Shown: positions 1-9,837, numbered from the stretch's first letter. The stretch is 64,000 nucleotides of DNA from an uncultured Gemmatimonadales bacterium (GCA_963809895.1 CAWELD010000010.1:160001-224000), one strand, 5' to 3'. Notes: generated by a model from the sequence alone, not told the origin. Translations and numbers: made by a program.

Positions 1-494
1 CCGATGGCGTCGGTGGCCGTCTGCACGGCGGTGTGGAAACCGAAGGTCACCGAGGTGGCGGCCAGGTCGTTGTCGATGGTCTTGGGGACGCCGATGACCC
101 GGAGCCCCTGATCCGCCAGGTCGCTGGCGATGCGGAGCGATCCGTCGCCACCGACCGCGACCAGGGCATCGATTCCGCGGCGCTCCAGTGCCTCCAGGAC
201 CTCCTGGGACCGATCCACGGTGATCACGGCGCCGTCGGGCTGCAGCTGGGGCCACGCCATGGGATTGCCGCGGTTGGTGGTTCCCAGGATGGTGCCACCG
301 AGGTGGGTGATGCCCCGCACCGAGGCCGGCGTGAGCCGCACCACACCGTCGGGCTCGCCGGACAGAAGCCCGTCGTAGCCCCGGCGGATGCCGAAGACCT
401 CCCAACCGAGTTGGTCCGCGGCCAGCACCACCGCTCGGATGACGGCATTGAGTCCCGGGGCGTCGCCGCCTCCGGTGTTGATTGCGATACGCAC
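1..494 (-). CDS. pfkA: 6-phosphofructokinase (runs off left edge; not in ORF track)
   Basis: Manual translation from GTG at 494 gives MRIAINTGGGDAPGLNAVIRA...GGTILGT...PKTIDNDL...TFGFHTAV, which are PFK motifs. Confidence 0.93.
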   Translation of the reverse strand, partial: MRIAINTGGGDAPGLNAVIRAVVLAADQLGWEVFGIRRGYDGLLSGEPDGVVRLTPASVRGITHLGGTILGTTNRGNPMAWPQLQPDGAVITVDRSQEVLEALERRGIDALVAVGGDGSLRIASDLADQGLRVIGVPKTIDNDLAATSVTFGFHTAVQTATDAI

Positions 495-674
495 GTGCGC
501 GTCTTCCCCCCTGCGGTCGGTGCATGATCCGTCGTGCAGCCTGGCGAGTGCCCCGAATGTAAGGCGCAGCGGCGACGGGTCCCAGGCGTCGCCCCGGGCT
601 CGCCCCGCATCTTTACCCTCGCGGCGCCGCTGCTACATTGGACCTTCTCCCTCATCCAGCTGTGGAGGCGCCGC

Positions 675-1817
675 GTGTCCGAGAACCCCTTCCCCGGGCC
701 CATCGATCCGGTGGTGGCCCTGTTGGGGAACGTCGAGCTGTTCCGGGGGCTTCCCGAAGAGGACGTGAGGCGGCTCGCCGTCCTGGGCCGCCGACAGCGG
801 GCAGCCGCGGGCCAGACGCTGGTCGAGGCCGGCGGACCCGCCACGCACTGCTTCGTGGTGGGCGACGGTGCGGTGGAGGTGTCGGAGGCGGGTGCGCCGC
901 CCCGCGTTCTGGGTCGCGGTGAGGTCTTCGGCCAGGAGGCGCTGATCGCCGGCGGCGTGGCGACCTGCACGGCCCGCGTCCGGGACGCCGCTGAAGTCGT
1001 GGCGATCCCCGGAGAGGACGTACGTCGGCTCCTTCTGCCCGACTCGCTGGCGACGCGCATCCTGCGGCTCGCCGGCCAGCGCCAGCAGGACCCGGCCTCG
1101 GCTTCCCAGGCCCCACCTGCGGGCGCCGACGACACGACCGCCGTGAGTCGACGCATCCAGCGTGGCATGGTGCCGCGGAACGCGCCTCGCCTCGAGGGTT
1201 ACGACATCGCCGCCGGCACGACCGCCGAGGAGCACGGCCGTGGCAATACCGTGTGGGACGCCGTGCAGTTGGCGGACGACCGCACCGCCTTGGTGGTCAT
1301 GGACGTGCGCTCCGACGGGCTGCCGCCGGCGCACCTGCTGGGCATGACCCGGGCCGCGCTACGCGCCGCCGCGCCCGACGCCTCGGGACCGGGCGAGCTG
1401 CTGGCGCGGGCCAACGCGTCGCTGGCGACGGTGATGGCGGACACGACCAACCAGTTCGTGGAGTGCGCGCTGGTGGTGCCGGGCGCCGATGGCGTGGATT
1501 GGGCCGCGGCCGGGCGCATCCCGGCCGGGGTGCTGGGGCGGGGCGGGACGCTGGAGATGCTCTCCGCCCACGGCCCGCCGCTGGGCATGCTGGAGGGATT
1601 CCGCTACGGCAGCGAGGTGACCCCCCTCGGCGTGGGAGACGCGTTGCTGGTGCTGTCGACGGCCTCGGCGGGGCTGTTCCGAGGCGCCGCGGACCTGGTG
1701 GTCCAGGTCCAGGAGAAGACGGCGGGCGATGTCGTGGCCACGGTACACCGCGGCCTTCGTCGCGCCCAGGGCGAGACACCCCCGGAGGTGTCGGTCCTGT
1801 ATCTCAGGAAACACTGA
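675..1817 (+). CDS. cNMP-binding domain + SpoIIE/PP2C-like domain protein
   Basis: N-terminal cNMP fold (LGRGEVFGQEALI). C-terminal RsbU-like region (IQRGMVP, AAAG, GPPLG, LGVGDALLV). GTG at 675 follows GGAGG. Confidence 0.8.
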   Translation: MSENPFPGPIDPVVALLGNVELFRGLPEEDVRRLAVLGRRQRAAAGQTLVEAGGPATHCFVVGDGAVEVSEAGAPPRVLGRGEVFGQEALIAGGVATCTARVRDAAEVVAIPGEDVRRLLLPDSLATRILRLAGQRQQDPASASQAPPAGADDTTAVSRRIQRGMVPRNAPRLEGYDIAAGTTAEEHGRGNTVWDAVQLADDRTALVVMDVRSDGLPPAHLLGMTRAALRAAAPDASGPGELLARANASLATVMADTTNQFVECALVVPGADGVDWAAAGRIPAGVLGRGGTLEMLSAHGPPLGMLEGFRYGSEVTPLGVGDALLVLSTASAGLFRGAADLVVQVQEKTAGDVVATVHRGLRRAQGETPPEVSVLYLRKH

Positions 1818-1832
1818 GCAGTGGGAGCAGAG

Positions 1833-2132
1833 ATGGCGATCACGGAGAAGGACATCCGCAGCGCCCTCAAGACGGTCAAGGACCCGGAGCTGAACCTGGA
1901 CCTGGTTGTCCTCGGCCTGGTCTACGACATCGAGGTGGAGGGTGGCGACGTCAACGCCACCATCTCGCTCACCTCGCCCATGTGCCCGGTGGCGGGGCAG
2001 ATCGTGGAAGACGCCCGCACCGCCATTCTGGGCGTGGAGGGCGTCGAGTCGGCCGAGGTCAATCTGACCTTCGATCCGCCGTGGACGCCGGAGCGCATGA
2101 GCCCGCTCATCCGCTCGTCGCTGGGGCTCTGA
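1833..2132 (+). CDS. DUF59 (SufT/PaaD-like) metal-sulfur cluster assembly protein
   Basis: VKDPELNLDLVVLGLVY, LTSPMCP and FDPPWTPERMS motifs. Confidence 0.9.
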   Translation: MAITEKDIRSALKTVKDPELNLDLVVLGLVYDIEVEGGDVNATISLTSPMCPVAGQIVEDARTAILGVEGVESAEVNLTFDPPWTPERMSPLIRSSLGL

Positions 2133-2180
2133 GCCCGAGCCCCGCGAAGAGAACGAACCCCTCCCGAGGAGACGCAGCGC

Positions 2181-3134
2181 ATGCCCCCGTTCACCGACGA
2201 CGAGCTCAAGGCCAAGGTCCAGGACGGCTACATCGTCGAGTCCGTGGAGGAGATGACCGAGGGGTACCGCAAGGCCCTCATCGTCCAGCTCACGGTCCAG
2301 GCCGACACCGAGCTCATCAGCGCCCCCGCCTACTGGAACGCGGCACGGCACGCGCCGTCCACCAACACACAGGTGTCGGCGCACGCCATCATCCAGGACG
2401 AGTTGGCCCACGCCAACATCGCCTACCGGCTGCTCGAGGACCTGGGCGTCTCCAAGGAGAAGCTGGTCTACGACCGGGCTCCCCACGAGTTCAAGCACCC
2501 CTACGGCTTCGATCAGCCGTTGGACAACTGGGCCGAGCTGGTGGTGGCCAACGGTTTCTTCGACCGTGCCGGCATCACGCTCCTGTCCGACGTCTACCGG
2601 AACACCTCCTACGGGCCCCTCAAGCGGGCGCTGGTGAAGGTGGACATGGAGGAGACCTTCCACCTGCGTCACGGCGAGGTCTGGATGCGCCGCCTCGCCA
2701 AGGCGGGGGGCGAGCCCCGGGACATGGTGCAGCGCGCGGTGGACTGGATGTTCCCCATGACGCTGGAGTGGTTCGGCCTGCCCGACGACATGAAGCGCCA
2801 CAGTGGTCAGCTCGACTACCGCCTCAAGGGGCTGACCAACGATCAGCTCCGTCAGGTGTGGATGGCGTCGACGGTGCCGCTGTGCGAGACGCTGGGTCTG
2901 GACGCCCCCGCCCACTACGACGAGGCGTCCGAGTCCTACGTACTGGACTACCCCTTCCCCTGCGAGTACGACGCCGAGGCGAAGCACTGGGACTTCGACG
3001 GCGGTGAGATCTCCTGGGACCAGGTCTTCGAGCGCTGGAAGGCGCGGGGCCCCATGAACGAGGCGTACGTGGAGTCGGTGCGCCGCTCCCGGCGGCAGGT
3101 CGAGGCCTGGTTGAACGGGGACGCGGCGGCGTGA
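2181..3134 (+). CDS. PaaA-like diiron ring-epoxidase catalytic subunit
   Basis: Ferritin-like ligands DTE, DELAH and EETFH; G.TNDQLRQ.W motif of the PaaA/PaaC family. Confidence 0.82.
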   Translation: MPPFTDDELKAKVQDGYIVESVEEMTEGYRKALIVQLTVQADTELISAPAYWNAARHAPSTNTQVSAHAIIQDELAHANIAYRLLEDLGVSKEKLVYDRAPHEFKHPYGFDQPLDNWAELVVANGFFDRAGITLLSDVYRNTSYGPLKRALVKVDMEETFHLRHGEVWMRRLAKAGGEPRDMVQRAVDWMFPMTLEWFGLPDDMKRHSGQLDYRLKGLTNDQLRQVWMASTVPLCETLGLDAPAHYDEASESYVLDYPFPCEYDAEAKHWDFDGGEISWDQVFERWKARGPMNEAYVESVRRSRRQVEAWLNGDAAA

Positions 3135-3562
3135 GCACGGGTCTGCCGGTGGTGGGTCCGGGCCTCGATGTGGGCCTGCCCGCCCACGTATCGGTCCACA
3201 AGAGCGGGGGTCGCGATCGCTGGTCCGAGCCCAGGGCGGTGCCGCCCGCCGATCCCGTCGAGGGAGTCGAGGCGTGTTTGCGCGAGGTTCTGGACCCCGA
3301 GATCCCCATCAGCCTGATCGACCTGGGGCTGATCTACGGTGTCTCGGTGCCAGACGGGGTGGCCCACGTGGAGCTGACCTTCACGGCCACCGCCTGTCCC
3401 TGCATGGAGTTCATCCTGGAAGACGTCCGCGACCGGCTGGAGCGCGAGCCCTGGCTCCGGGGCGTCGAGATCCACGAGGTCTGGGATCCTCCCTGGACCA
3501 CCGAGCGCATCACCCCTCGAGGACGCGACCTGCTCCGGCGCCTCGGCGTCGGCGTGGGGTGA
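3131..3562 (+). CDS. DUF59 protein (PaaD N-terminal domain-like)
   Basis: LREVLDPEIPISLIDLGLIY, TATACP and WDPPWTTERIT motifs; GTGA overlap with the upstream gene. Confidence 0.85.
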   Translation: MSTGLPVVGPGLDVGLPAHVSVHKSGGRDRWSEPRAVPPADPVEGVEACLREVLDPEIPISLIDLGLIYGVSVPDGVAHVELTFTATACPCMEFILEDVRDRLEREPWLRGVEIHEVWDPPWTTERITPRGRDLLRRLGVGVG

Positions 3563-3596
3563 GTCCGCGACGCCCCCACCCGATGGAACGGAAGCC

Positions 3597-3818
3597 ATGA
3601 AGGAGAAGGTCTACGACGTGTTCGCCCGCAAGGAGCGAGGGGAGCCGTTGCAGCACATCGGCTACGTGGACGCCATGGACGACGAGCTGGCGCGGGTGTA
3701 CGCCTGGCGTACCTACGACGAGCAGAACTGGTTCGAGATGTGCGTCGTGCCCCGGTCGGCCATCATCGCCGTGAACCGTGACGACGGGCCCTTCGCCCGC
3801 AAGGGAGGTGCGTCGTGA
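3597..3818 (+). CDS. PaaB-like small subunit
   Basis: YDVFAR...HIGYVDA.DDELA...VVPRSAI pattern of the PaaB family. Confidence 0.8.
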   Translation: MKEKVYDVFARKERGEPLQHIGYVDAMDDELARVYAWRTYDEQNWFEMCVVPRSAIIAVNRDDGPFARKGGAS

Positions 3819-4606
3819 ACGACGCCGTTCTGCCTACCGAGCTGCCCGACGACCTGCGGACCGCGCTGCGGCGCCAGGTGCTGACGCTGGCCGACAGCAA
3901 GCGCCTCATGGGGATCCGCTATTCCGACTGGCTCCTGGGGGCACCGTCCATCGAGACCGGCATCGCGGCCTCGGGCATGGCCCAGGACGAGTGGGGGCAC
4001 GCCCGTCTCCTGTACGCCATGCTCAAGGACTTCGACGAGGACCCAGGACCCGTCGAGCAGGATCGGGCTGCCGAGGCCTACGCCTCCGTGGATCCCCTGG
4101 ACGAGGCCCAGGAGGACTGGGCCGCGCTGGTGGCGGCCATGGTGGTCGTGGACGGCGCGCTGACGGTGGCCCTCGAAGGGTTCGGCGAGAGCGGCTTCGA
4201 GAGCGCCCGCACCCGGATTCCCAAGATGCTGTCGGAAGAGGAATTCCACCGGGATCTGGCGCTGGCCTGGCTCCGGCGCCTCGTGGCGGGAACCGATGAA
4301 GCCCGCGCGCGCGTCGTCGAGGCCCTGCGGGCCTGCCTGCCGCGTACCCTGGCGTGGCTGGCGCCCGCCGACGAGCCGTTCCGGGCCCTGGTGGAGGCCG
4401 ACCTGATGCCCGACGGCGCGGAGCTGCTGCGGCGCTTCGAGGCCCGCTACGGAGCCGCGCTGGCGGCGGCCGGTGTGCCCTTGAACGAAGTGGCGTCGGA
4501 GCGTGGGCAGTGGGACGCCGCCCGCGGACGTGGTCCGGGCCATCCTTCGGAAGAAGCGGTTCAACGGGCCCGGGGTGACCTCAACCGCGCGCTCTTCGTG
4601 GAATGA
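3815..4606 (+). CDS. PaaC-like structural subunit
   Basis: LADSKRLMGIRYSDW, APSIE, AQDEWGHAR and EEEFH motifs. Confidence 0.82.
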   Translation: MNDAVLPTELPDDLRTALRRQVLTLADSKRLMGIRYSDWLLGAPSIETGIAASGMAQDEWGHARLLYAMLKDFDEDPGPVEQDRAAEAYASVDPLDEAQEDWAALVAAMVVVDGALTVALEGFGESGFESARTRIPKMLSEEEFHRDLALAWLRRLVAGTDEARARVVEALRACLPRTLAWLAPADEPFRALVEADLMPDGAELLRRFEARYGAALAAAGVPLNEVASERGQWDAARGRGPGHPSEEAVQRARGDLNRALFVE

Positions 4607-4815
4607 GCCGAGAGATCGGGGGCCTGCCGGAGCATCCCCCGTGCCCCTTCTGCGAGGGCACGGACACCGAGCTCCTGAACGCCTTCGGCTCGCACGCGTC
4701 GGTCTCCACCTACTGGTGCCGGGCCTGCCGAAGCCCCTTCGAGCTACTCAAATGGCGCGCCGCGACGTCTTCGCCGGCGGCGGCCGAACCCGAGCCGGAG
4801 CGTGACGACCGGTGA
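4603..4815 (+). CDS. stand-alone PaaD-type zinc-ribbon protein
   Basis: CPFC.GTDTELL..FGS...YWCRACRSPFE resembles the PaaD C-terminal domain. Confidence 0.8.
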   Translation: MSREIGGLPEHPPCPFCEGTDTELLNAFGSHASVSTYWCRACRSPFELLKWRAATSSPAAAEPEPERDDR

Positions 4816-5171
4816 GCGATCGCCTGACGGAGTTTCGCACCTTCCGCGAGCGCATGAACGCCCGCATCCTCGACGCCGGCAACCTGGAGTTGAAGCGCTT
4901 CTTCGCCTTGGACGGCCGCGTCTACGAAGACGGAGCGCTCCCGGCGCGCACCAAGGAGCTGCTCGGTCTGGTGGCGTCGCTGGTGCTGCGTTGCGACGAC
5001 TGCGTGGCCTACCACCTCATCCGCTGTAAGGAAGAGGGGGTCAGTGACGAAGAGATCTTCGAATCTCTTTCCGTGGCGTTGGTGGTGGGAGGGTCGATCG
5101 CCATCCCCCACCTCCGTCGGGCCGTGGCCTTCATGGACGAGCTGGCCGGAGGCGACGACGCGGGGGGATGA
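4812..5171 (+). CDS. AhpD/carboxymuconolactone decarboxylase family protein
   Basis: GALPARTKELLGLVAS.VLRCDDC.AYH motif. Confidence 0.88.
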   Translation: MSDRLTEFRTFRERMNARILDAGNLELKRFFALDGRVYEDGALPARTKELLGLVASLVLRCDDCVAYHLIRCKEEGVSDEEIFESLSVALVVGGSIAIPHLRRAVAFMDELAGGDDAGG

Positions 5172-5187
5172 GGTCCGGAGCGAGACC

Positions 5188-5769
5188 TCAGGCGGCGACG
5201 AGCTCCACGTCCTCCAGGAAGTCCTTGAGGGGGTTCGCCACTGCCACGGCCCGATCGCGCACGGCGCGGGCCAGCGCCTCGTTGGGATCGTCTCGGCCGG
5301 TCAGGTGCCGGACCACGGCGCGTCCCAGTCGGGCGTCGGAGCGGGCGGCGGCCTGATGGTACTCGGCGTACCGGGCACCCACCCGTTGCTCGAACAGGGG
5401 AAGCTGACTGCGCGGAGTGCCGTTCTTGACCATATCCTCGAAGACCGCCCGATGCATGGCGTCCAGCCCCTCACGCAGGAGCTCGTCGGGAGCGCGCCCG
5501 ACGAACGCGAGCTGGGCTCCACGGGTATGTCCCCACATCAGGAAGATGAGTGCTTCTTCCGTGGCATGGGGTCCGGGGATGCCGTCCTCGGTCTCGACAC
5601 CGAGCTCCTCGAGGGGAATCTCGGCGTCTCCCTGGGCGATGAAGTCGCTGAAGCTTTCCCAGACGAGGTGGGCGAGGGTATCCCCCAACTGCTCGGGGGT
5701 CATGGTCCGCGGCGCGCGGAACTCGTCCATCGGTGCTCCGCTTTCGACAGTCTTCGTATCCATAGGCAT
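5188..5769 (-). CDS. hypothetical protein
   Basis: 193-aa ORF with genome-like codon usage filling the gap between genes; no motif recognised. Confidence 0.7.
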   Translation of the reverse strand: MPMDTKTVESGAPMDEFRAPRTMTPEQLGDTLAHLVWESFSDFIAQGDAEIPLEELGVETEDGIPGPHATEEALIFLMWGHTRGAQLAFVGRAPDELLREGLDAMHRAVFEDMVKNGTPRSQLPLFEQRVGARYAEYHQAAARSDARLGRAVVRHLTGRDDPNEALARAVRDRAVAVANPLKDFLEDVELVAA

Positions 5770-5895
5770 CAGTCGTCTTTTTCTTGAAGAACCCTTCCAA
5801 TTCCAACCCGAGAGCGGGGGGTGTCAAGCATTGCGGTGGATCTCAAGGTGGAACGCCGCAAAGCTCGTGCCTCACGAATCGCGGGGAGAGGAGCG

Positions 5896-6579
5896 ATGAG
5901 CATGAAGTCGATCCGGCCTGTCGTGGTCCTGGGGTCCATGCTGGCGGTGGCCGCGTGCGCCAGCGGTCCCGTAGAGCTGCCCGAGCCTCGGCCGCTGGTG
6001 CTGCATTCCGGTGCGCGCCTGAGCGTCGACGACACCGAGCGGCTGCGGGCGATCTACGACACGCTCAACCGTGAGCAGGAGAACATCGTCCAGGATCCGT
6101 CGTTTTTCATCAACGCCGTCCCGGAGGCCCGGGACGTCTACCCGTGGGAGACGCTGGAGATCTCCGGCGACACGGCCAACCTCTCCTTTCAGCGCACGGC
6201 TCCCGACATCCGGCCCATGTACGAGGTTTACGCCCATCTCCACTTGATGGCGCGCATGGGCCGGCTCGACGAGTGGCTTCCCGAAGCCCCCGACGCCACC
6301 GGCTGGGAGCTGGAGCGGGCCATCGTGGCTCGCGTGGCCGACGACTGGCTGCTGGGGCGGGCCGTCTTCGACCTGACTCCCTACCTCCTCCTGGATCGCC
6401 TGATCTACGCGAAGGAGGACGGGCAGCTCGACGCACTCCTCCTGACGCTGCGGGCCGACGAATTCCCGGAGGCGCGCAAGGCCTGGCTCGACGCCAATCC
6501 GGGCGCCGATCAGGAGTTCCGCGACTGGTACCGCAAGACCTTCGAAGGAGACCCGCCCGAGCCACCGGGAGGAGGCTGA
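5896..6579 (+). CDS. hypothetical lipoprotein
   Basis: GAGAGGAG RBS; signal peptide with lipobox VAAC. Confidence 0.72.
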   Translation: MSMKSIRPVVVLGSMLAVAACASGPVELPEPRPLVLHSGARLSVDDTERLRAIYDTLNREQENIVQDPSFFINAVPEARDVYPWETLEISGDTANLSFQRTAPDIRPMYEVYAHLHLMARMGRLDEWLPEAPDATGWELERAIVARVADDWLLGRAVFDLTPYLLLDRLIYAKEDGQLDALLLTLRADEFPEARKAWLDANPGADQEFRDWYRKTFEGDPPEPPGGG

Positions 6580-6595
6580 TCCCGAGATCGTCGGC

Positions 6596-6910
6596 TCAGG
6601 CGAAGCTCACCTGCCACTGAAGGCCCACCGCCGGCGCGTCGGCATCTTCCTGCATCACGTGCAGGTCGACGCGCCCGGTGCGGCTCAGGCGCTCGTCGCT
6701 GGGGCGTCCTCCGAACGAAGGAAATCCCTCCACCTTCATGTAGTGCTCGTCGCCCTCGGGCGACACCGCGCGCAGGCGGGCCCCCTTGAGGGAGCGCACC
6801 GAGGGTGCGTCGCCGTCGACGAGGCGAAGGCGGAGGATGCGGCCCCCGTGAGGGCCGTCCAGGGCGTCCAGGACCTTGAAGGTCGTGGACCGGGTCTGCT
6901 GCGTGGCCAT
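6596..6910 (-). CDS. hypothetical protein
   Basis: 104-aa ORF from ATG at 6910 (MATQQTRSTTFKVLD...) with typical codon usage. Confidence 0.65.
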   Translation of the reverse strand: MATQQTRSTTFKVLDALDGPHGGRILRLRLVDGDAPSVRSLKGARLRAVSPEGDEHYMKVEGFPSFGGRPSDERLSRTGRVDLHVMQEDADAPAVGLQWQVSFA

Positions 6911-7060
6911 GGATCTCGGGGTAGACTGTCTCCGTGCGTTGTCGCCGCACACCAGAGACACTCGGTGGTCATCGTCGCTCGGCGGCGGCGCGACCAGGTC
7001 GGCGTCGCCGCGGCTACACTAGGAAGCACGCCTACCCCCGTCAACGGAGCGCAGTTTCAG

Positions 7061-8500
7061 GTGGAACGTGGAGAGCAGGGGCCGGACGCCCTGGAGACGG
7101 ATATCGAGGAGATGCGGCGCCTCGGCTACGCGGCGGTGGACGCCATCGTCGAGCGGGCGAGGGGCCTGGCCGACGACGTGCCGTGGCGAGGCGGGACCCG
7201 CCGGGAGCTGGAGCCGCTCCTGCGGGAGGCCTGCCCTGAAGACGGCCGGAATGCCGATGAGGTCATGGCCCGGGCGCTGCGCGACATCCTGCCCCGGGCG
7301 GGCCGCATCGATCACCCGCGCTTCTTCGCCTTCGTGCCCTCCTCGCCCACCTGGCCGTCCATCCTCGGCGACTTCCTGGCCACGGGCTTCAACGTCTTCC
7401 AGGGCACCTGGCTCGAGTCGGCGGGGCCCAGCCAGGTGGAGCTGGTGGTGCTGGAGTGGTTCCGGGAATGGCTGGGCATGCCGGAAGGCGCCGGAGGGAT
7501 CTTCACCAGCGGCGGGTCCGCCGCCAACCTGCTGGCTGTGGTGGCGGCTCGGGAGGCGGCGGGCTGGCCGGAGCGCCCCGTCGCGTACGTGAGCGATCAG
7601 GGCCACTCGTCGCTGGAGCGTGCCTGCCGCATCGCGGGGTTCAGAGCCTCGGAGCTGCGCACGATCCCGTCCGACGCGGGCTTCCGCATGGATGCCGACG
7701 CCCTGGAGGCCCAGGTGGCGCGCGACGTGGCCCAGGGGTGCACGCCCGTGCTGGTGGCCGCCAACGGCGGGGCCACCAACACCGGGGCCGTGGACCCGCT
7801 GCCTCGTCTGGCAGCCTTCTGCGACGCGCGGGACATCTGGCTGCACGTGGACGCCGCGTACGGCGGCTTCGCGGTGCTGGCCCCGGAGGGGCAGCGGGCG
7901 CTGGAGGGGCTCGGACGGGCGCGGAGCGTCACCCTGGATCCGCACAAGTGGCTCTTCCAGCCCTACGAGACCGGTTGTCTGCTGACCCGTGATCCGGGCG
8001 ACCTGCAGGCGGCCTTCCACGTCTTTCCCGAATACCTCCAGGACACGGAGCTCGGCTTCGAGCACGTGAACTTCGGCGATCGGGGCCTTCAGCTCACGCG
8101 GGCCTTCCGGGCGCTCAAGGTGTGGATGAGCCTCCAGGTCCACGGGCGGGCCGCCCACGCCCGGGCGGTGAGTCGGGGCATCGAGCTGGCGCGCCGCGCC
8201 GGGGACTGGATCGGCGGCGCCGAGGACATGGAGCTCCTGAGCCCGCCGTCGCTGGGCATCGTGTGCTTCCGCGTGCGCCCCACGGGTACGGGCGACAACG
8301 ACGAGGGCCTGGACAGCCTGAACCGTGAGATCCAGGACCGGATCGTGGCGGAGGGCACCGCCATGATGTCTTCCACCCGCCTCCACGGCCGCTACGCGTT
8401 GCGCTTCTGCATTCTCAACTACCGATCTCGCTGGAGCGACGTCGAGGTGACCCTGAGGCGCGTCCGGGAACTGGGTCGCGAGGTGCTCAGCGACTCGTGA
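7061..8500 (+). CDS. group II PLP-dependent amino acid decarboxylase
   Basis: HPRFFAF, FTSGGS.AN, G.TNTGAVD, WLHVDAAYGG and DPHKW (PLP lysine). Start uncertain (7061 or 7112). Confidence 0.9.
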   Translation: MERGEQGPDALETDIEEMRRLGYAAVDAIVERARGLADDVPWRGGTRRELEPLLREACPEDGRNADEVMARALRDILPRAGRIDHPRFFAFVPSSPTWPSILGDFLATGFNVFQGTWLESAGPSQVELVVLEWFREWLGMPEGAGGIFTSGGSAANLLAVVAAREAAGWPERPVAYVSDQGHSSLERACRIAGFRASELRTIPSDAGFRMDADALEAQVARDVAQGCTPVLVAANGGATNTGAVDPLPRLAAFCDARDIWLHVDAAYGGFAVLAPEGQRALEGLGRARSVTLDPHKWLFQPYETGCLLTRDPGDLQAAFHVFPEYLQDTELGFEHVNFGDRGLQLTRAFRALKVWMSLQVHGRAAHARAVSRGIELARRAGDWIGGAEDMELLSPPSLGIVCFRVRPTGTGDNDEGLDSLNREIQDRIVAEGTAMMSSTRLHGRYALRFCILNYRSRWSDVEVTLRRVRELGREVLSDS

Positions 8501-9276
8501 GGGAACCGCCCACCGACAGGTCGGCTGGTCCCCACCCGGGAGCGTGGCTGCACCTGGCGATGATCCTCCTTCTGGGGCTCACCCTGGGATTCCACCTCAG
8601 GATGGGCCTGGGCGTCCTCGACTCTCTCTTCACAGCCTTCCTGCTGGCGACGTTGCCGGTGCTGGGGCTGGCGCAGCTGCCCTTCCTCGTGGGCGCCGAG
8701 CTGGAGCGCCTGCGGGCCTATGCCGGTTCGGCCATGAGCATCGTGACCATGGCCTCGGTGGCGCTGGTTCTGGGGGCGTTGGGACCCGGACTCGGCGCCA
8801 TGGGACTGGGTGCGACCCCCTGGCTCGTACTGGGTCGCACCGTCGCGGCTCTGGTAGTGGGGGCTGCGCTATTGGTGGGGCTCTTCCAGGGCTTCATGCG
8901 CCTCACCGGCGTGCGCGAGAGCCCGGTCATGGAGCGGCTGTTGCCACGCACCGGGCCGGAGCGCCGCGTATTCGCGGTCCTTTCGGTGGTGGCGGGTCTG
9001 GGCGAGGAGGTCGTCTACCGGGGTTATCTCCTGGCCCTGCTGACGCCGGTTCTGGGCGGCCCCTGGACGGCGGCCGGGGCCAGCAGCGTGGCCTTCGGGA
9101 TCCTCCACGCCTACCAGGGGCCGCTGGGCATCGTGCGTACGGCCGCGTTGGGATTCATGTTCGCCGCGTCTCTGGTGTTGACGGGCACGCTGTGGCCCGC
9201 GGTCGTCGTCCACACGCTGGTGGACCTGGTGGGCGGGCTCTGGGAACCTCCGCACCTCGCGGGGCGTCGGGGGTAG
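8497..9276 (+). CDS. CPBP (CAAX protease-like) intramembrane glutamic endopeptidase
   Basis: EEVVYRG, FGILHAYQG and VVVHTLVD motifs; multiple TM helices. Confidence 0.88.
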   Translation: MREPPTDRSAGPHPGAWLHLAMILLLGLTLGFHLRMGLGVLDSLFTAFLLATLPVLGLAQLPFLVGAELERLRAYAGSAMSIVTMASVALVLGALGPGLGAMGLGATPWLVLGRTVAALVVGAALLVGLFQGFMRLTGVRESPVMERLLPRTGPERRVFAVLSVVAGLGEEVVYRGYLLALLTPVLGGPWTAAGASSVAFGILHAYQGPLGIVRTAALGFMFAASLVLTGTLWPAVVVHTLVDLVGGLWEPPHLAGRRG

Positions 9277-9351
9277 GCGCATTCGGGAGGCTTGCAGAAA
9301 CGTCTCGGCCCGTCGAACAGTAGTGATAGCAGGTCGACGGAGGGAGCAGAC

Positions 9352-9774
9352 GTGATTCTTCAATGCAACTACGAGGAGCTCCAGGCACTGCGCCAGGGTG
9401 CCGACGCGGTGTTGCGCGCCGGTGAGCCGAATCCGTGCGCCGTGGCGGCACCTCCGGCGGAGCGAGCCCAGGTGGGTGCACTGCTGCCGCAGCTGGAGGG
9501 CGACGTCTCGGTCTCGACCCTGGCCGAGCAGGAAGAGGTCGAGTCCGCCGTGCGCACCATCGTCGCCTGCCTCCGAGCCGAGATGGACGCGGCGGTCGTG
9601 GCCGCCCATCCTGCCGACGAGGTCGCGGTTGCCGCCTACTTCGACTACGCCCACGCGCTGGTCGTGCTGGCGCGCCTCGAGGAGATGGGGGATCACATGC
9701 GGGCCCTCATCGAGATCGTCACCGGCACGACGGCCACCCGGGCCATCGCCGCCTCCTTCGCCTTTCCCGACTGA
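9352..9774 (+). CDS. hypothetical protein
   Basis: GTG at 9352 after GAGGGAG; 140-aa helical-looking protein. Confidence 0.68.
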   Translation: MILQCNYEELQALRQGADAVLRAGEPNPCAVAAPPAERAQVGALLPQLEGDVSVSTLAEQEEVESAVRTIVACLRAEMDAAVVAAHPADEVAVAAYFDYAHALVVLARLEEMGDHMRALIEIVTGTTATRAIAASFAFPD

Positions 9775-9837
9775 CACGGTCTGGACGGGCGGCACCGTTC
9801 CACCCCTTCGACGCCCTTCCGGAAGGCCCTCGCGGCA

